A stretch of DNA of 32,000 bases, taken from NCBI GenBank assembly GCA_001029695.1, contig CP011211.1, positions 690,001 through 722,000 on the forward strand, given 5' to 3'. Under the pieces are notes generated by a model, which worked only from the letters and a program-made list of their open reading frames with translations, did no database searches and was not told where the DNA came from. Below are positions 23,616 to 31,310 of the stretch, in pieces (position 1 is the stretch's first letter; each line of letters starts with the position of its first letter). The DNA comes from Candidatus Saccharimonadota bacterium (GTDB lineage: Bacteria; Patescibacteriota; Saccharimonadia; Saccharimonadales; Saccharimonadaceae). The position numbers were made by a program, and so were the translations under genes.

Positions 23616-24557
23616 TATTCGAGGGAGCGTACGTCTCAGCTGGCGCAGTAGGCGATAGGCTGTATAGCGATACTTTCGGATAGGATACTCGTATGTTTCG
23701 GAGAGATCTTGAGCGTAGCCTCCAAATGATTTTTTGAAGCGCGTGAAGCCTGCCCATTTATGAGTAGGATCATCGCTAGTGGTAATTCCATATAGGTCGC
23801 AGGTGCGCTTGCCGTGGAGATGAGTGTCGACGATGATTTTTGCGAGTAGGGCAGTGCTCGCTCCTAGTTTTCGGTGCTCATGGTCTGCTGCTGCGTGTCC
23901 GTAGTAGTGAGTGTGCTCATCTTCGTAGACGAGTGCGGCAGCTACGGTGTTATTTTCGTAGGTGATGAAGTGTAGCGAGGCGGCATGGATTGGTAGTAGA
24001 GCGGCAGCTTGTTGCTTAAAATAACTGTCTGGATGGACGGTTATTTGATTATGCTGAGCAACTTGATGGAGTAGGGTAGTGAGTCTTGTGATGTCGGCGG
24101 GATCGTAGCTTTTCTCGTACGCCATTCCTTTTTTTTCATAGGTACGGTAAAGGTTGCGGTTGTTTTGCTTCATGTTAGCAACAATCTCATCTTCGGAGCG
24201 AGAGGTATCGATACACCAAGTATGCGCGGGCTGGGAGTATTCGATTGCGCGTGCGCCAAGTGCCTCTATGTCATGTGAAGTAAAATGATTGCCGAGCGGT
24301 TGAATCCGTATATATGCGGCATCTTGAGTGAGCGCGAGTTTCTCTAGTGAGGTGAGCGCGTCATTTAGGGCTTGCTGTGAATTAGCGGTTGGTCCGTAGG
24401 GGCAATACAGTCGATTGAGTCCAAAACGTGCTTTTTCGAGAATAGCACGATACTCCCAGCCTTGTCCGCTCTCGTGAAAGACCGTACGACCGAGAGATTC
24501 TTGAAATTTTTGCCACGCTTCTGATTGTTGAAAATGAACGTTTAAGTTGTTTTTCAT
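23613..24557 (-). CDS. FemAB-family peptidoglycan interpeptide-bridge aminoacyltransferase (FemX-like)
   Basis: 314 aa. The N-terminus FQQSEAWQKFQESLGR, the central MKQNNRNLYRTYEKKG and the C-terminus YYGHAAADHEHRKLGASTALLAKII ... WAGFTRFKKSFGG match the FemAB/MurM family layout. The ATG overlaps the tsaD stop (ATGA). Confidence 0.75.
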   Translation of the reverse strand: MKNNLNVHFQQSEAWQKFQESLGRTVFHESGQGWEYRAILEKARFGLNRLYCPYGPTANSQQALNDALTSLEKLALTQDAAYIRIQPLGNHFTSHDIEALGARAIEYSQPAHTWCIDTSRSEDEIVANMKQNNRNLYRTYEKKGMAYEKSYDPADITRLTTLLHQVAQHNQITVHPDSYFKQQAAALLPIHAASLHFITYENNTVAAALVYEDEHTHYYGHAAADHEHRKLGASTALLAKIIVDTHLHGKRTCDLYGITTSDDPTHKWAGFTRFKKSFGGYAQDLSETYEYPIRKYRYTAYRLLRQLRRTLPRI

Positions 24558-25636
24558 ACAACAATATTCCTTGGTGCCATTGATAAACTTGGCTGAATCT
24601 CAAGGTCAAATGGCGAAACTGGTTGCTTGCGCAACGTTTCGTAGTAGCCAAGCGTTGCAATCATAGCGGCATTATCTGTACAGAGAGAGGGTGGTGCGTA
24701 CTCTATGTCGATAGGGACCGCCTCGCGTAATTGACGCCGTAGTTCTTGGTTTGCGGCGACTCCACCTGCAATCACGACAGACGCTGGTTGGTATTCGTCA
24801 TACGCAAGCCGTGCCTTACTTACGAGGGTTTCTATAGCAATACGTTGGAAGCTTGCGGCAAAATCATGCCGTAATTGGTCATTTACGAGCGCAGGGAGCT
24901 CGTGAGAGGGAAAAGTAAAGTCTTTACCCACTTCTGACTGAAGACGTCGTAAAACGGCTGTTTTGAGGCCTGAAAAGCTAAAGTCATATTTACCCGCCAG
25001 TTTAGCTTTTGGAAAGGTGTAGGCTGCCGCATTACCCAACTCAGCAGCACGGGCGATTGATGGTCCGCCAGGGTAGGGGAGGCCGAGCATTTTAGCTACC
25101 TTGTCGAAGGCTTCGCCGACTGCATCATCTTGGGTTTGACCGAGTAGCTCGTAGTCACCGTGATCCCTAAAAAGAGCGAGTTGAGAGTGCCCACCGCTGA
25201 CAATCAATGCGAGCATCGGAAATTCCGGTTGGCGATTTGGAAGTGCGAGTGAAAGCGTGCCTGCTTGCTCTGTAATGAAATTTGCATATACATGTGCCTC
25301 GACATGGTGAATAGGGTAGAGTGGTTTACCTTTGAGGTGGGCAATAGTTCTTGCTGCCAGGGTGCCGACGAGGAGGCTGCCCGAGAGGCCTGGTGCATAG
25401 GTGACGGCGATTGCATCGATATCGTCCCATGTGTGATGTGCATCATCAAGCGCACGCTGGATAACTGGATTTATTACCTCTATATGGCTCCTTGCAGCAA
25501 TTTCAGGAACAACCCCGCCGTATTCAGCGTGGATGTCTATTTGTGTGTGGACAACGTTACTTAGTAGTCGCGTGCCATCCTCGACGATCGAAGCTGCGGT
25601 CTCGTCGCAGCTACTCTCTATTCCCAGTATCTTCAT
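24554..25636 (-). CDS. tsaD: tRNA N6-adenosine threonylcarbamoyltransferase TsaD
   Basis: MKILGIESSCDETAASIV, then HVEAHVYA (metal-binding His pair) and SGGHSQL, all typical of the Kae1/TsaD family. Confidence 0.95.
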   Translation of the reverse strand: MKILGIESSCDETAASIVEDGTRLLSNVVHTQIDIHAEYGGVVPEIAARSHIEVINPVIQRALDDAHHTWDDIDAIAVTYAPGLSGSLLVGTLAARTIAHLKGKPLYPIHHVEAHVYANFITEQAGTLSLALPNRQPEFPMLALIVSGGHSQLALFRDHGDYELLGQTQDDAVGEAFDKVAKMLGLPYPGGPSIARAAELGNAAAYTFPKAKLAGKYDFSFSGLKTAVLRRLQSEVGKDFTFPSHELPALVNDQLRHDFAASFQRIAIETLVSKARLAYDEYQPASVVIAGGVAANQELRRQLREAVPIDIEYAPPSLCTDNAAMIATLGYYETLRKQPVSPFDLEIQPSLSMAPRNIVV

Positions 25637-25706
25637 CTGTTACTATGATAAACCATTTACAACAGAGAGTAAATTCAGTGTAAGTGTCGTCTCTAGGATA
25701 ATACGA

Positions 25707-25715
25707 TGATATACT
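25707..25715 (+). promoter_or_regulatory. extended -10 (TGaTATACT) upstream of the beta-helix gene
   Basis: Read directly. The same TGATATACT nonamer occurs at the valS promoter. Confidence 0.4.
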
Positions 25716-25762
25716 AAACGTAAGGTTTATTTAGAAATAAAAATATGGAGAGGATTAATCGT

Positions 25763-27562
25763 ATGGTACGTTTACCGCAACCTGGGGGAGACCAAGGAAA
25801 TTGGGGGAATATCCTCAATGAGTATCTTGAGCAGTCCCATGATCCCCGAGGTAATTTGAAAGACAATGTCGTTACCGCAAATACTCTCGCGCCACATGCC
25901 GTAACAACGGCTGCGCTTGCAAGTGACTCGGTGACCGCAGCGATCATTGCTGATGGGACTATATCGGAGACGCTCCTAGACAGTGCTTTACAGACAAGGC
26001 TCAACACTCCTGCACCGAGCGCTACGACCAGCTCTGTGGGCCTCTTGCAGCTCGCTGGTGATCTTTCCGGGACCGCTCAGGCGCCTACGGTACCAGGGTT
26101 AGTTACAAAAGTTTCAAAAGGTGATCTTGTCTTTAATGTAAAAGACTATGGCGCTCAAGGTAATGGTACGGCTAATGATACGGCAGCTATTAATGCTGCT
26201 ATAACGGCGATGCCATCGATAGCAAATACATTTGGTGGTGTAGCGGGGGTATTGTTTTTTCCTGCTGGTCGGTATCTAACTGATGGCGGGCACACTATTC
26301 CTGCGGACAAACGTATGCAGGTCCGTGGGGCGGGTCCGTATGTGTCAATTATCCAACAGAGGTCAGGAGCAACCAGCGATCTCATTACGATCAAGGCTTC
26401 AAACTCGGGGATTACGGCGCTTACGCTGACAGGACAGCGGGGTGGAACCCCCAGCGACCTTCTTGTGCTCGATGTGGCGTATTCATACGCACGAAACGTG
26501 ACGATTAATAGTGCGGCCGGTAATGGTATCACGATAGGAAAGACGAGTAGTGCAATAGCGCATCGACTAACAGAGGTCAATATACGTTCCTGTAAAGGCT
26601 ATGGCGTACAAGTTATCAGTGGATCTGAGAGCACTGACGGGCAATGGAGTAATTGTGACATTGGTCAATCTGGTCTTTCAGGGGTGCGAATATCAAACGG
26701 CGCGCAGAACTTATTTGGTGTACATGTATGGGGGTCTGGAGTTGAGTCAAGTACGGATAAATATGGTTTTTGGCTTGATTCATCATCTAATATCTTAATC
26801 GGGTGTCAGTCGGAAACAAATCTGGGTATTGGTATCCATGTTGGCGGGACTGGAAGTGAAGGTAATGTTGTGAACGCAGCCAAGGTGTGGGGTAATCTAG
26901 GTGCAGGTATATATGGATTCTCAAGTCACCGTCACACAATTACAGGTTCGAATATTTATAACAATGGTGTCAATAATACGGGTAGTAATACCAACTCATT
27001 TGCGGGCATAATGAATGATGGCGGTGTTGAATGGGTAGTGTCGGGAAATAATATTTATGATGATACTAAAGCACTCCAAGCGGGTTCGTATAGTGGTTTT
27101 ACACCAGGTTTTACCTATCCAGGGCGAACAGCACAGGCGACGCAATCATACGCATATGCTGAAGGTGTAAATGCTGACTTCAATTCTATTTCTGGAAATG
27201 TCATGCGACGAGAACGTACTCGCTCGGGTGTCTCGTATAACTCGGTAGGTGTCCGTAACTACTGGTCTGGTAATACTATCGGTGCTATGGCGATACCTGT
27301 TGTTGCGTCTGCAGCATCGGTGACGCTTCCAGCGACGAATGATTTTATCTTTGTATCTGGTGCAGTAGCGATTATATCTATTGCCGCAACGGTACCTGGG
27401 CGTCGCGTAACACTCCGTTTTACCGATGCTGTTCCAGGTGGCCTTGTCGATGGCTCTAATCTAAAACTAGCAGCAACATTCACTCCGACGCAGAATGACA
27501 CAATTTCACTTGCTTGTGATGGCACTGATTGGTATGAGATTACACGCAGCGGTGATATATAG
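25763..27562 (+). CDS. right-handed parallel beta-helix (pectate-lyase-superfamily / tailspike-like) protein with phage-tail-fibre-like N-terminus
   Basis: VFNVKDYGAQGNGTANDTAAINAAI is the hallmark N-cap motif of pectate_lyase_3 / tailspike-type beta-helices. Many G/N/S/T-rich coil repeats follow. The N-terminus is MVRLPQPGGDQGNWGNILNEYL. I chose ATG 25763, which has GGAGAGG 9 nt upstream; the track start at 25745 is the alternative. Confidence 0.75.
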   Translation: MVRLPQPGGDQGNWGNILNEYLEQSHDPRGNLKDNVVTANTLAPHAVTTAALASDSVTAAIIADGTISETLLDSALQTRLNTPAPSATTSSVGLLQLAGDLSGTAQAPTVPGLVTKVSKGDLVFNVKDYGAQGNGTANDTAAINAAITAMPSIANTFGGVAGVLFFPAGRYLTDGGHTIPADKRMQVRGAGPYVSIIQQRSGATSDLITIKASNSGITALTLTGQRGGTPSDLLVLDVAYSYARNVTINSAAGNGITIGKTSSAIAHRLTEVNIRSCKGYGVQVISGSESTDGQWSNCDIGQSGLSGVRISNGAQNLFGVHVWGSGVESSTDKYGFWLDSSSNILIGCQSETNLGIGIHVGGTGSEGNVVNAAKVWGNLGAGIYGFSSHRHTITGSNIYNNGVNNTGSNTNSFAGIMNDGGVEWVVSGNNIYDDTKALQAGSYSGFTPGFTYPGRTAQATQSYAYAEGVNADFNSISGNVMRRERTRSGVSYNSVGVRNYWSGNTIGAMAIPVVASAASVTLPATNDFIFVSGAVAIISIAATVPGRRVTLRFTDAVPGGLVDGSNLKLAATFTPTQNDTISLACDGTDWYEITRSGDI

Positions 27563-27684
27563 GTTACGCTTAAAGCGGTTTTGTCTTATTAATAGTTACT
27601 CTCTATTTACAATATATAAAAATATGTTACTATGATTACACGTACTATGGCCCCCAGAGCCGTAGGCAGTTCATTGGAGTAAAA

Positions 27685-28185
27685 ATGTCCGGTTCAAGTA
27701 TTGTCCTGGCGGCTGTTGTTGCCTTCATGGTTTTTGCGGTGATGTGTCTGCTGATGCGGGTGTTTGCTAAGCAGATCATTAGTGGTTTCTTTGCTGCAGA
27801 GCAGATGAAGATGATCGAGCTTTCGAAGCAGACTGTTGATGTGGAGGCGCTTCACGCGCAGGCGCGCGAGGAGGCAAAACAGATGGAGCTGATCTCGATC
27901 GATCCGTCGGCGCCGTCGAAGGTATTGGCTGAAGCTGCGATGCTGCGTGTGTCGCAGTTGCGACACGCTCACGACACTGCTTTGCAGGCGTTGTCAGCTA
28001 CGCAGAATGCTTTGCTTACCAAGCGTAAGTACTATGCTACCTACGGTAGCGGTGCGAGCGATATCAAGAGGCTGGAGGACTTTATCGTCCAGCAGGAAGG
28101 TAAGCTTGCTCAGCTGGAGCCGCTGTTGACGCAGTGGGGTGTACAGACGGAGAAGTTGGCTACTGGCCTGCATCTCGTCGATTAA
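27685..28185 (+). CDS. hypothetical N-terminally anchored coiled-coil protein
   Basis: 166 aa. TGGAG SD lies 5 nt upstream. It has a TM helix IVLAAVVAFMVFAVMCLLM and an A/Q/E/L-rich helical remainder. A terminator follows. Confidence 0.65.
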   Translation: MSGSSIVLAAVVAFMVFAVMCLLMRVFAKQIISGFFAAEQMKMIELSKQTVDVEALHAQAREEAKQMELISIDPSAPSKVLAEAAMLRVSQLRHAHDTALQALSATQNALLTKRKYYATYGSGASDIKRLEDFIVQQEGKLAQLEPLLTQWGVQTEKLATGLHLVD

Positions 28186-28204
28186 TATCATTTTTCGCTC
28201 CAAG

Positions 28205-28228
28205 CCCCCGATTCGTCGGGGGTGTTTT
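28205..28228 (+). terminator. intrinsic terminator
   Basis: Stem CCCCCGA-ttcg-TCGGGGG followed by TGTTTT. Confidence 0.7.
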
Positions 28229-28243
28229 ACTTTCTACATAATA

Positions 28244-28272
28244 TTGACTAAAAAGCACTAAAATACTAAAAT
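28244..28272 (+). promoter_or_regulatory. near-consensus sigma-70 promoter of a ~180-nt orphan transcription unit
   Basis: TTGACT, a 17-nt spacer, then TAAAAT. Confidence 0.55.
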
Positions 28273-28292
28273 AGGTATATCTAAGGAGCAAA

Positions 28293-28412
28293 TTGCTTTT
28301 TAGTGTTGTGAGACGACTGTCTATCTTGGAACGGTATCATCGCGTGTGCAGGGGTGCCTGTAGCAACGCCGTCTCGTGCGGTAAAGTGATAGTTAGTACA
28401 AATAGTGCATGA
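28293..28412 (+). CDS. candidate 39-aa Cys/Ser/Thr-rich micro-protein (or non-coding sRNA body)
   Basis: AAGGAG at 28283-28288, then TTG at 28293 (a short 4-nt spacing). The product is MLFSVVRRLSILERYHRVCRGACSNAVSCGKVIVSTNSA. The stop lies 15 nt before a strong terminator. The non-ATG start and short spacing keep confidence low. Confidence 0.3.
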   Translation: MLFSVVRRLSILERYHRVCRGACSNAVSCGKVIVSTNSA

Positions 28413-28426
28413 TGCGCTTACCAAAT

Positions 28427-28461
28427 GTCCTCCATCTGATGCATTGATGGGGGACTTTTTT
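28427..28461 (+). terminator. intrinsic terminator of the orphan unit
   Basis: 10-bp stem GTCCTCCATC / GATGGGGGAC (one G-U pair) with a 9-nt loop, then TTTTTT. Confidence 0.7.
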
Positions 28462-28505
28462 GTTGCATCTACTTGTTTTTCGCATAAAAAGGACTATAAT
28501 TCGAT

Positions 28506-28832
28506 TTGCCCACACCGATAACGGTGAGAGTACCTCGAGAAGATGGGTGTGAAATGACACTGTTGATACCCCGTAGGTCAGTGAAAAGTACTGTCGTTCA
28601 GAGGCCAAGTGCCCTTTCTTTGAAAAAAGCAGCCGACCAGCGTCGTGACTGCCTAGAAAGAGCATTGAGGTCACCACGACCAGTAGAAGCTGTGTGTTTG
28701 GCTGCGCGTAATGAGTGGTATGTCGCGCAGCTTGCGTATTTGCGCGAAGCGCAGAGATTGTGCGACAGCGGTTCACGTCGAGCTATCCTACTGGGTAACG
28801 ATATTCGTGAACTAGAGATACTCTCCAAATAG
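28506..28832 (+). CDS. hypothetical Arg/Ala-rich small protein (108 aa from TTG, or 92 aa from ATG 28554)
   Basis: TATAAT at 28495-28500 (TTGTTT 16 nt upstream) sits 5 nt before the TTG. A helix-like C-terminus AARNEWYVAQLAYLREAQRLCDSGSRRAILLGNDIRELEILSK is followed by a 12-bp hairpin. There is no homology cue, and the region is also rich in RNA-like stems. Confidence 0.35.
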   Translation: MPTPITVRVPREDGCEMTLLIPRRSVKSTVVQRPSALSLKKAADQRRDCLERALRSPRPVEAVCLAARNEWYVAQLAYLREAQRLCDSGSRRAILLGNDIRELEILSK

Positions 28833-28848
28833 TTCCACTTCATCTCTC

Positions 28849-28880
28849 GAGAACCCCCGACTAAAAATCGGGGGTTTCTC
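28849..28880. terminator. 12-bp perfect hairpin (terminator-like, no T-run)
   Basis: GAGAACCCCCGA-ctaaaaa-TCGGGGGTTCTC. It shares the CCCCCGA/TCGGGGG core with the terminator at 28205. Confidence 0.4.
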
Positions 28881-28888
28881 ATGTTCGG

Positions 28889-28897
28889 TGGTAAAAT
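28889..28897 (+). promoter_or_regulatory. extended -10 (TGgTAAAAT) 6 nt upstream of the murE ATG; leaderless-type promoter
   Basis: Read directly. There is no SD before ATG 28904. Confidence 0.4.
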
Positions 28898-28903
28898 AAA
28901 GAT

Positions 28904-30193
28904 ATGAAACAGAAGTTGGTTAAAGGGGTTCGAAAAGTATTGCCGTCTGGAGCGGTTCGTAAGATTGAGGAAGCGTATCGTACATCACGCGTTAAGCTTG
29001 TGTCTGCTCGATATGGCAACCCAGCAAAGCACTTACGGGTGATTGCTGTTACGGGTACAAATGGCAAGACGACAACCGTAAACTATCTCAATGAGATCCT
29101 CAAAGAGGCTGGCAAAAAAACCGCTATGTTTAGTACTGCGGTTATCGAAGTAGCTGGCAAGCGCCAGCTCAATGATCTCAATGCGACAGTCGGTACAACA
29201 GACCGAATGCAACGTTTCTTTAGAGACGCGAGACAGGCTCATGTCGACTTTGTCGTACTCGAGATCACTAGTCATGCGCTCGACCAACACAAACTTGACT
29301 CTGTGCCTATAGAGGTAGCTGTCATGACAAACCTTACACAGGATCATCTTGACTATCACGGTACGATGCAGCGCTACGCCGATGCAAAGGCAAAGCTCTT
29401 TATGAACGAGCCAAAATTTATCGTTCTTAACCGCGACGACGAATGGTTTGATTTCTTCAATAAGTTTCAGGCGAGTGGCGAGAAGATCACTTACGGCAGA
29501 CATGACGAATCTGAAGCGAAGATTGAGCACACAAAGCTATATAAAAAAGGCAGCGAAGCAACAATCGTATTTGATCATCAGACGAAACTCGAATTAGCTA
29601 CGGCACTTCCTGGCGAATTCAATATTTCAAACATGACTGCCGCAGCTGCAGTCGCGTATGTGCTGGGTGTTGATACAAACGATATTATTGAGGGCGTGGC
29701 AAATCTTGAAGGTGTCCCGGGTCGGTTTGAGCGAGTTGTTGAAGGGCTTGGTTATGACGTTATTGTCGACTATGCGCATACTCCCGATGCACTTGAGAAA
29801 CTACTTGAGTCTGCGAAGTCTGTTACGAAAAATCGCGTTATTCTCGTGTTTGGAGCTACTGGAGACCGCGATAAAGGGAAGCGGCCTATTATGGGCGAAA
29901 TCGCAGCTCGCTTAGCAGATCGCATTATTCTTACCGACGAAGAAAGTTACGATGAAGACCCACACAAAATCCGAGAACAAGTGTTCGAGGGAATCGAACG
30001 AGCAAAAGGATCTAGTAAAACTCATGAACTCCCCGAGCGTCGTGATGCGATCGCAAAGGCGCTTGCTATTGCTACAAAAGGCGACACAATCCTCATCACT
30101 GGCATGGGACACGAACAATTCCGTATCGTAAACGGCAAAAAGCTACCGTGGAATGATGCTGCGGTGGTTCGAGAAATCCTCGAGAAGCAGTAG
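28904..30193 (+). CDS. murE: Mur ligase, MurE-like (UDP-MurNAc-L-Ala-D-Glu:diamino-acid ligase) with shortened N-terminal domain
   Basis: Motifs read: VIAVTGTNGKTTT (P-loop), VMTNLTQDHLDYHG, DYAHTPDALEKLL and FGATGDRDKGKRP (MurE-type). The protein is 429 aa and the P-loop already appears at about residue 50. Confidence 0.8.
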   Translation: MKQKLVKGVRKVLPSGAVRKIEEAYRTSRVKLVSARYGNPAKHLRVIAVTGTNGKTTTVNYLNEILKEAGKKTAMFSTAVIEVAGKRQLNDLNATVGTTDRMQRFFRDARQAHVDFVVLEITSHALDQHKLDSVPIEVAVMTNLTQDHLDYHGTMQRYADAKAKLFMNEPKFIVLNRDDEWFDFFNKFQASGEKITYGRHDESEAKIEHTKLYKKGSEATIVFDHQTKLELATALPGEFNISNMTAAAAVAYVLGVDTNDIIEGVANLEGVPGRFERVVEGLGYDVIVDYAHTPDALEKLLESAKSVTKNRVILVFGATGDRDKGKRPIMGEIAARLADRIILTDEESYDEDPHKIREQVFEGIERAKGSSKTHELPERRDAIAKALAIATKGDTILITGMGHEQFRIVNGKKLPWNDAAVVREILEKQ

Positions 30194-30198
30194 GTTAA

Positions 30199-31239
30199 TT
30201 AATACCAATTTTCATGGTGAAGGTGGCTATGTATGCGTAGTGTAATTTTTTCGCCAACGGCTGACCATATACGATACTGAAGTGGCCGTACTGGTACGTC
30301 AAACACTCCGACGTAGTCGGTTACCTCTTTATTGAAGCTTGTCTTGAAGCGCCCAATCCCGTAGTAAGGGTGCTGTTCGTTTTTAATTTGATCACTAGGT
30401 GGTGTGCCGCACAAATCATGTATCAACGATCCTTTTTCTTTCGCCCATTGAATTACCTCCCATTGTAGAAGATGACTTGCACCATAGACGACTCGTTCGC
30501 GGATACTTGCTCCATCTTTATAGGTACTCTTTGTGCCGAAGGTGATCGCGTACGCTCCAGCGACAATCTTGTTGTCGACATAGGCAAAAAAGAGCTGGCC
30601 TTGACTGGCAGCGCTGTATCGCTGCCAGTACGTTCGATAGTACTGCTTTGAGCGAATTCGAAAAGAACCTGCCGCCGTCTCGCTGAGAAGCTGGTAGAAC
30701 TGCTCGCAATTTTCGTCGCTTGTCTCAACGCGTTGAATTGTAACGCCGTCTCGCTCAGCGCGTCGCAGTGCATGTCGCCCTTTTTGATTGAGAGATGAAA
30801 GGATAGTCTCCAGAGGCGGACTGAGATCCAGCGTGACTGTCGATACATTCGGCTGGATCGGTGTTGCGGGGAGAAGATGCATGTTTCGTAGCGCAGCCAG
30901 TGTTTCATTTGTTTTTACGAACTCAGGTTCGATCTTGATCGCAAAGACACTACATTGAGAGGCGAACTTCCGTAGTTCGGGGAGGAGGGTAGAGATATCG
31001 TCCGCATTTACTACACCAGGGCCTTTAGAGATGTACCATAGACAGCCGAGTCCAAAAATGCTTTTTTCAAGTACGGTGATCGCAAGTGAATCGGCCATGA
31101 TGAGCCGCGGCGTCCATCCTCCGAGTCGTTTTTGCTCAGCAAACTCATAGCCTTGAAACAAGTTACCTTTGTCTGGGTTCGAGAGAACATATGTATTCCA
31201 CTGATTTCGCTCTTCGTCGCTCGCAAATCTGATATTCAT
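30199..31239 (-). CDS. FemAB-family peptidoglycan interpeptide-bridge aminoacyltransferase (second paralog)
   Basis: 346 aa. The N-terminus WNTYVLSNPDKGNLFQGYEFAEQKRLGGW, then LNQKGRHALRRAERDGV, YKDGASIRE...GASHLLQWEVIQWAKEKG and YGIGRFKTSF match the FemAB family layout. Confidence 0.75.
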   Translation of the reverse strand: MNIRFASDEERNQWNTYVLSNPDKGNLFQGYEFAEQKRLGGWTPRLIMADSLAITVLEKSIFGLGCLWYISKGPGVVNADDISTLLPELRKFASQCSVFAIKIEPEFVKTNETLAALRNMHLLPATPIQPNVSTVTLDLSPPLETILSSLNQKGRHALRRAERDGVTIQRVETSDENCEQFYQLLSETAAGSFRIRSKQYYRTYWQRYSAASQGQLFFAYVDNKIVAGAYAITFGTKSTYKDGASIRERVVYGASHLLQWEVIQWAKEKGSLIHDLCGTPPSDQIKNEQHPYYGIGRFKTSFNKEVTDYVGVFDVPVRPLQYRIWSAVGEKITLRIHSHLHHENWY

Positions 31240-31292
31240 TATTATCCACTATACGGCAAGACGCGGCCAGGCTGCAACGCGCCGAGTAAACA

Positions 31293-31301
31293 TGGTATAA
31301 T
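31293..31301 (+). promoter_or_regulatory. extended -10 (TGgTATAAT) 9 nt upstream of ATG 31311
   Basis: Read directly. Confidence 0.45.
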
Positions 31302-31310
31302 TAACAGATT

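Noticed and set aside
28230-28900. Possible RNase P RNA, tmRNA or SRP RNA in the 620-bp non-annotated segment. Cues were GGGGTGCCTGTAGCAACGCC and GCGGTAAAG resembling RNase P P7-P10/P12 strings, AAAAGTCCCCC on the minus strand, and AAGCAGCC.
   Set aside because: The near-universal RNase P P4 elements (GAGGAAAGTCC paired with ACAGAAnnCGGCTTA) are not present together on either strand. There is no tRNA-like end (GGGG... with T-arm GGTTCGAnTCC plus ACCA) and no tag ORF ending in ...AA for tmRNA. There is no GGAA-tetraloop helix-8 context for SRP RNA. Only an Rfam scan could settle this, so it stays an open possibility in the findings and is not a call.
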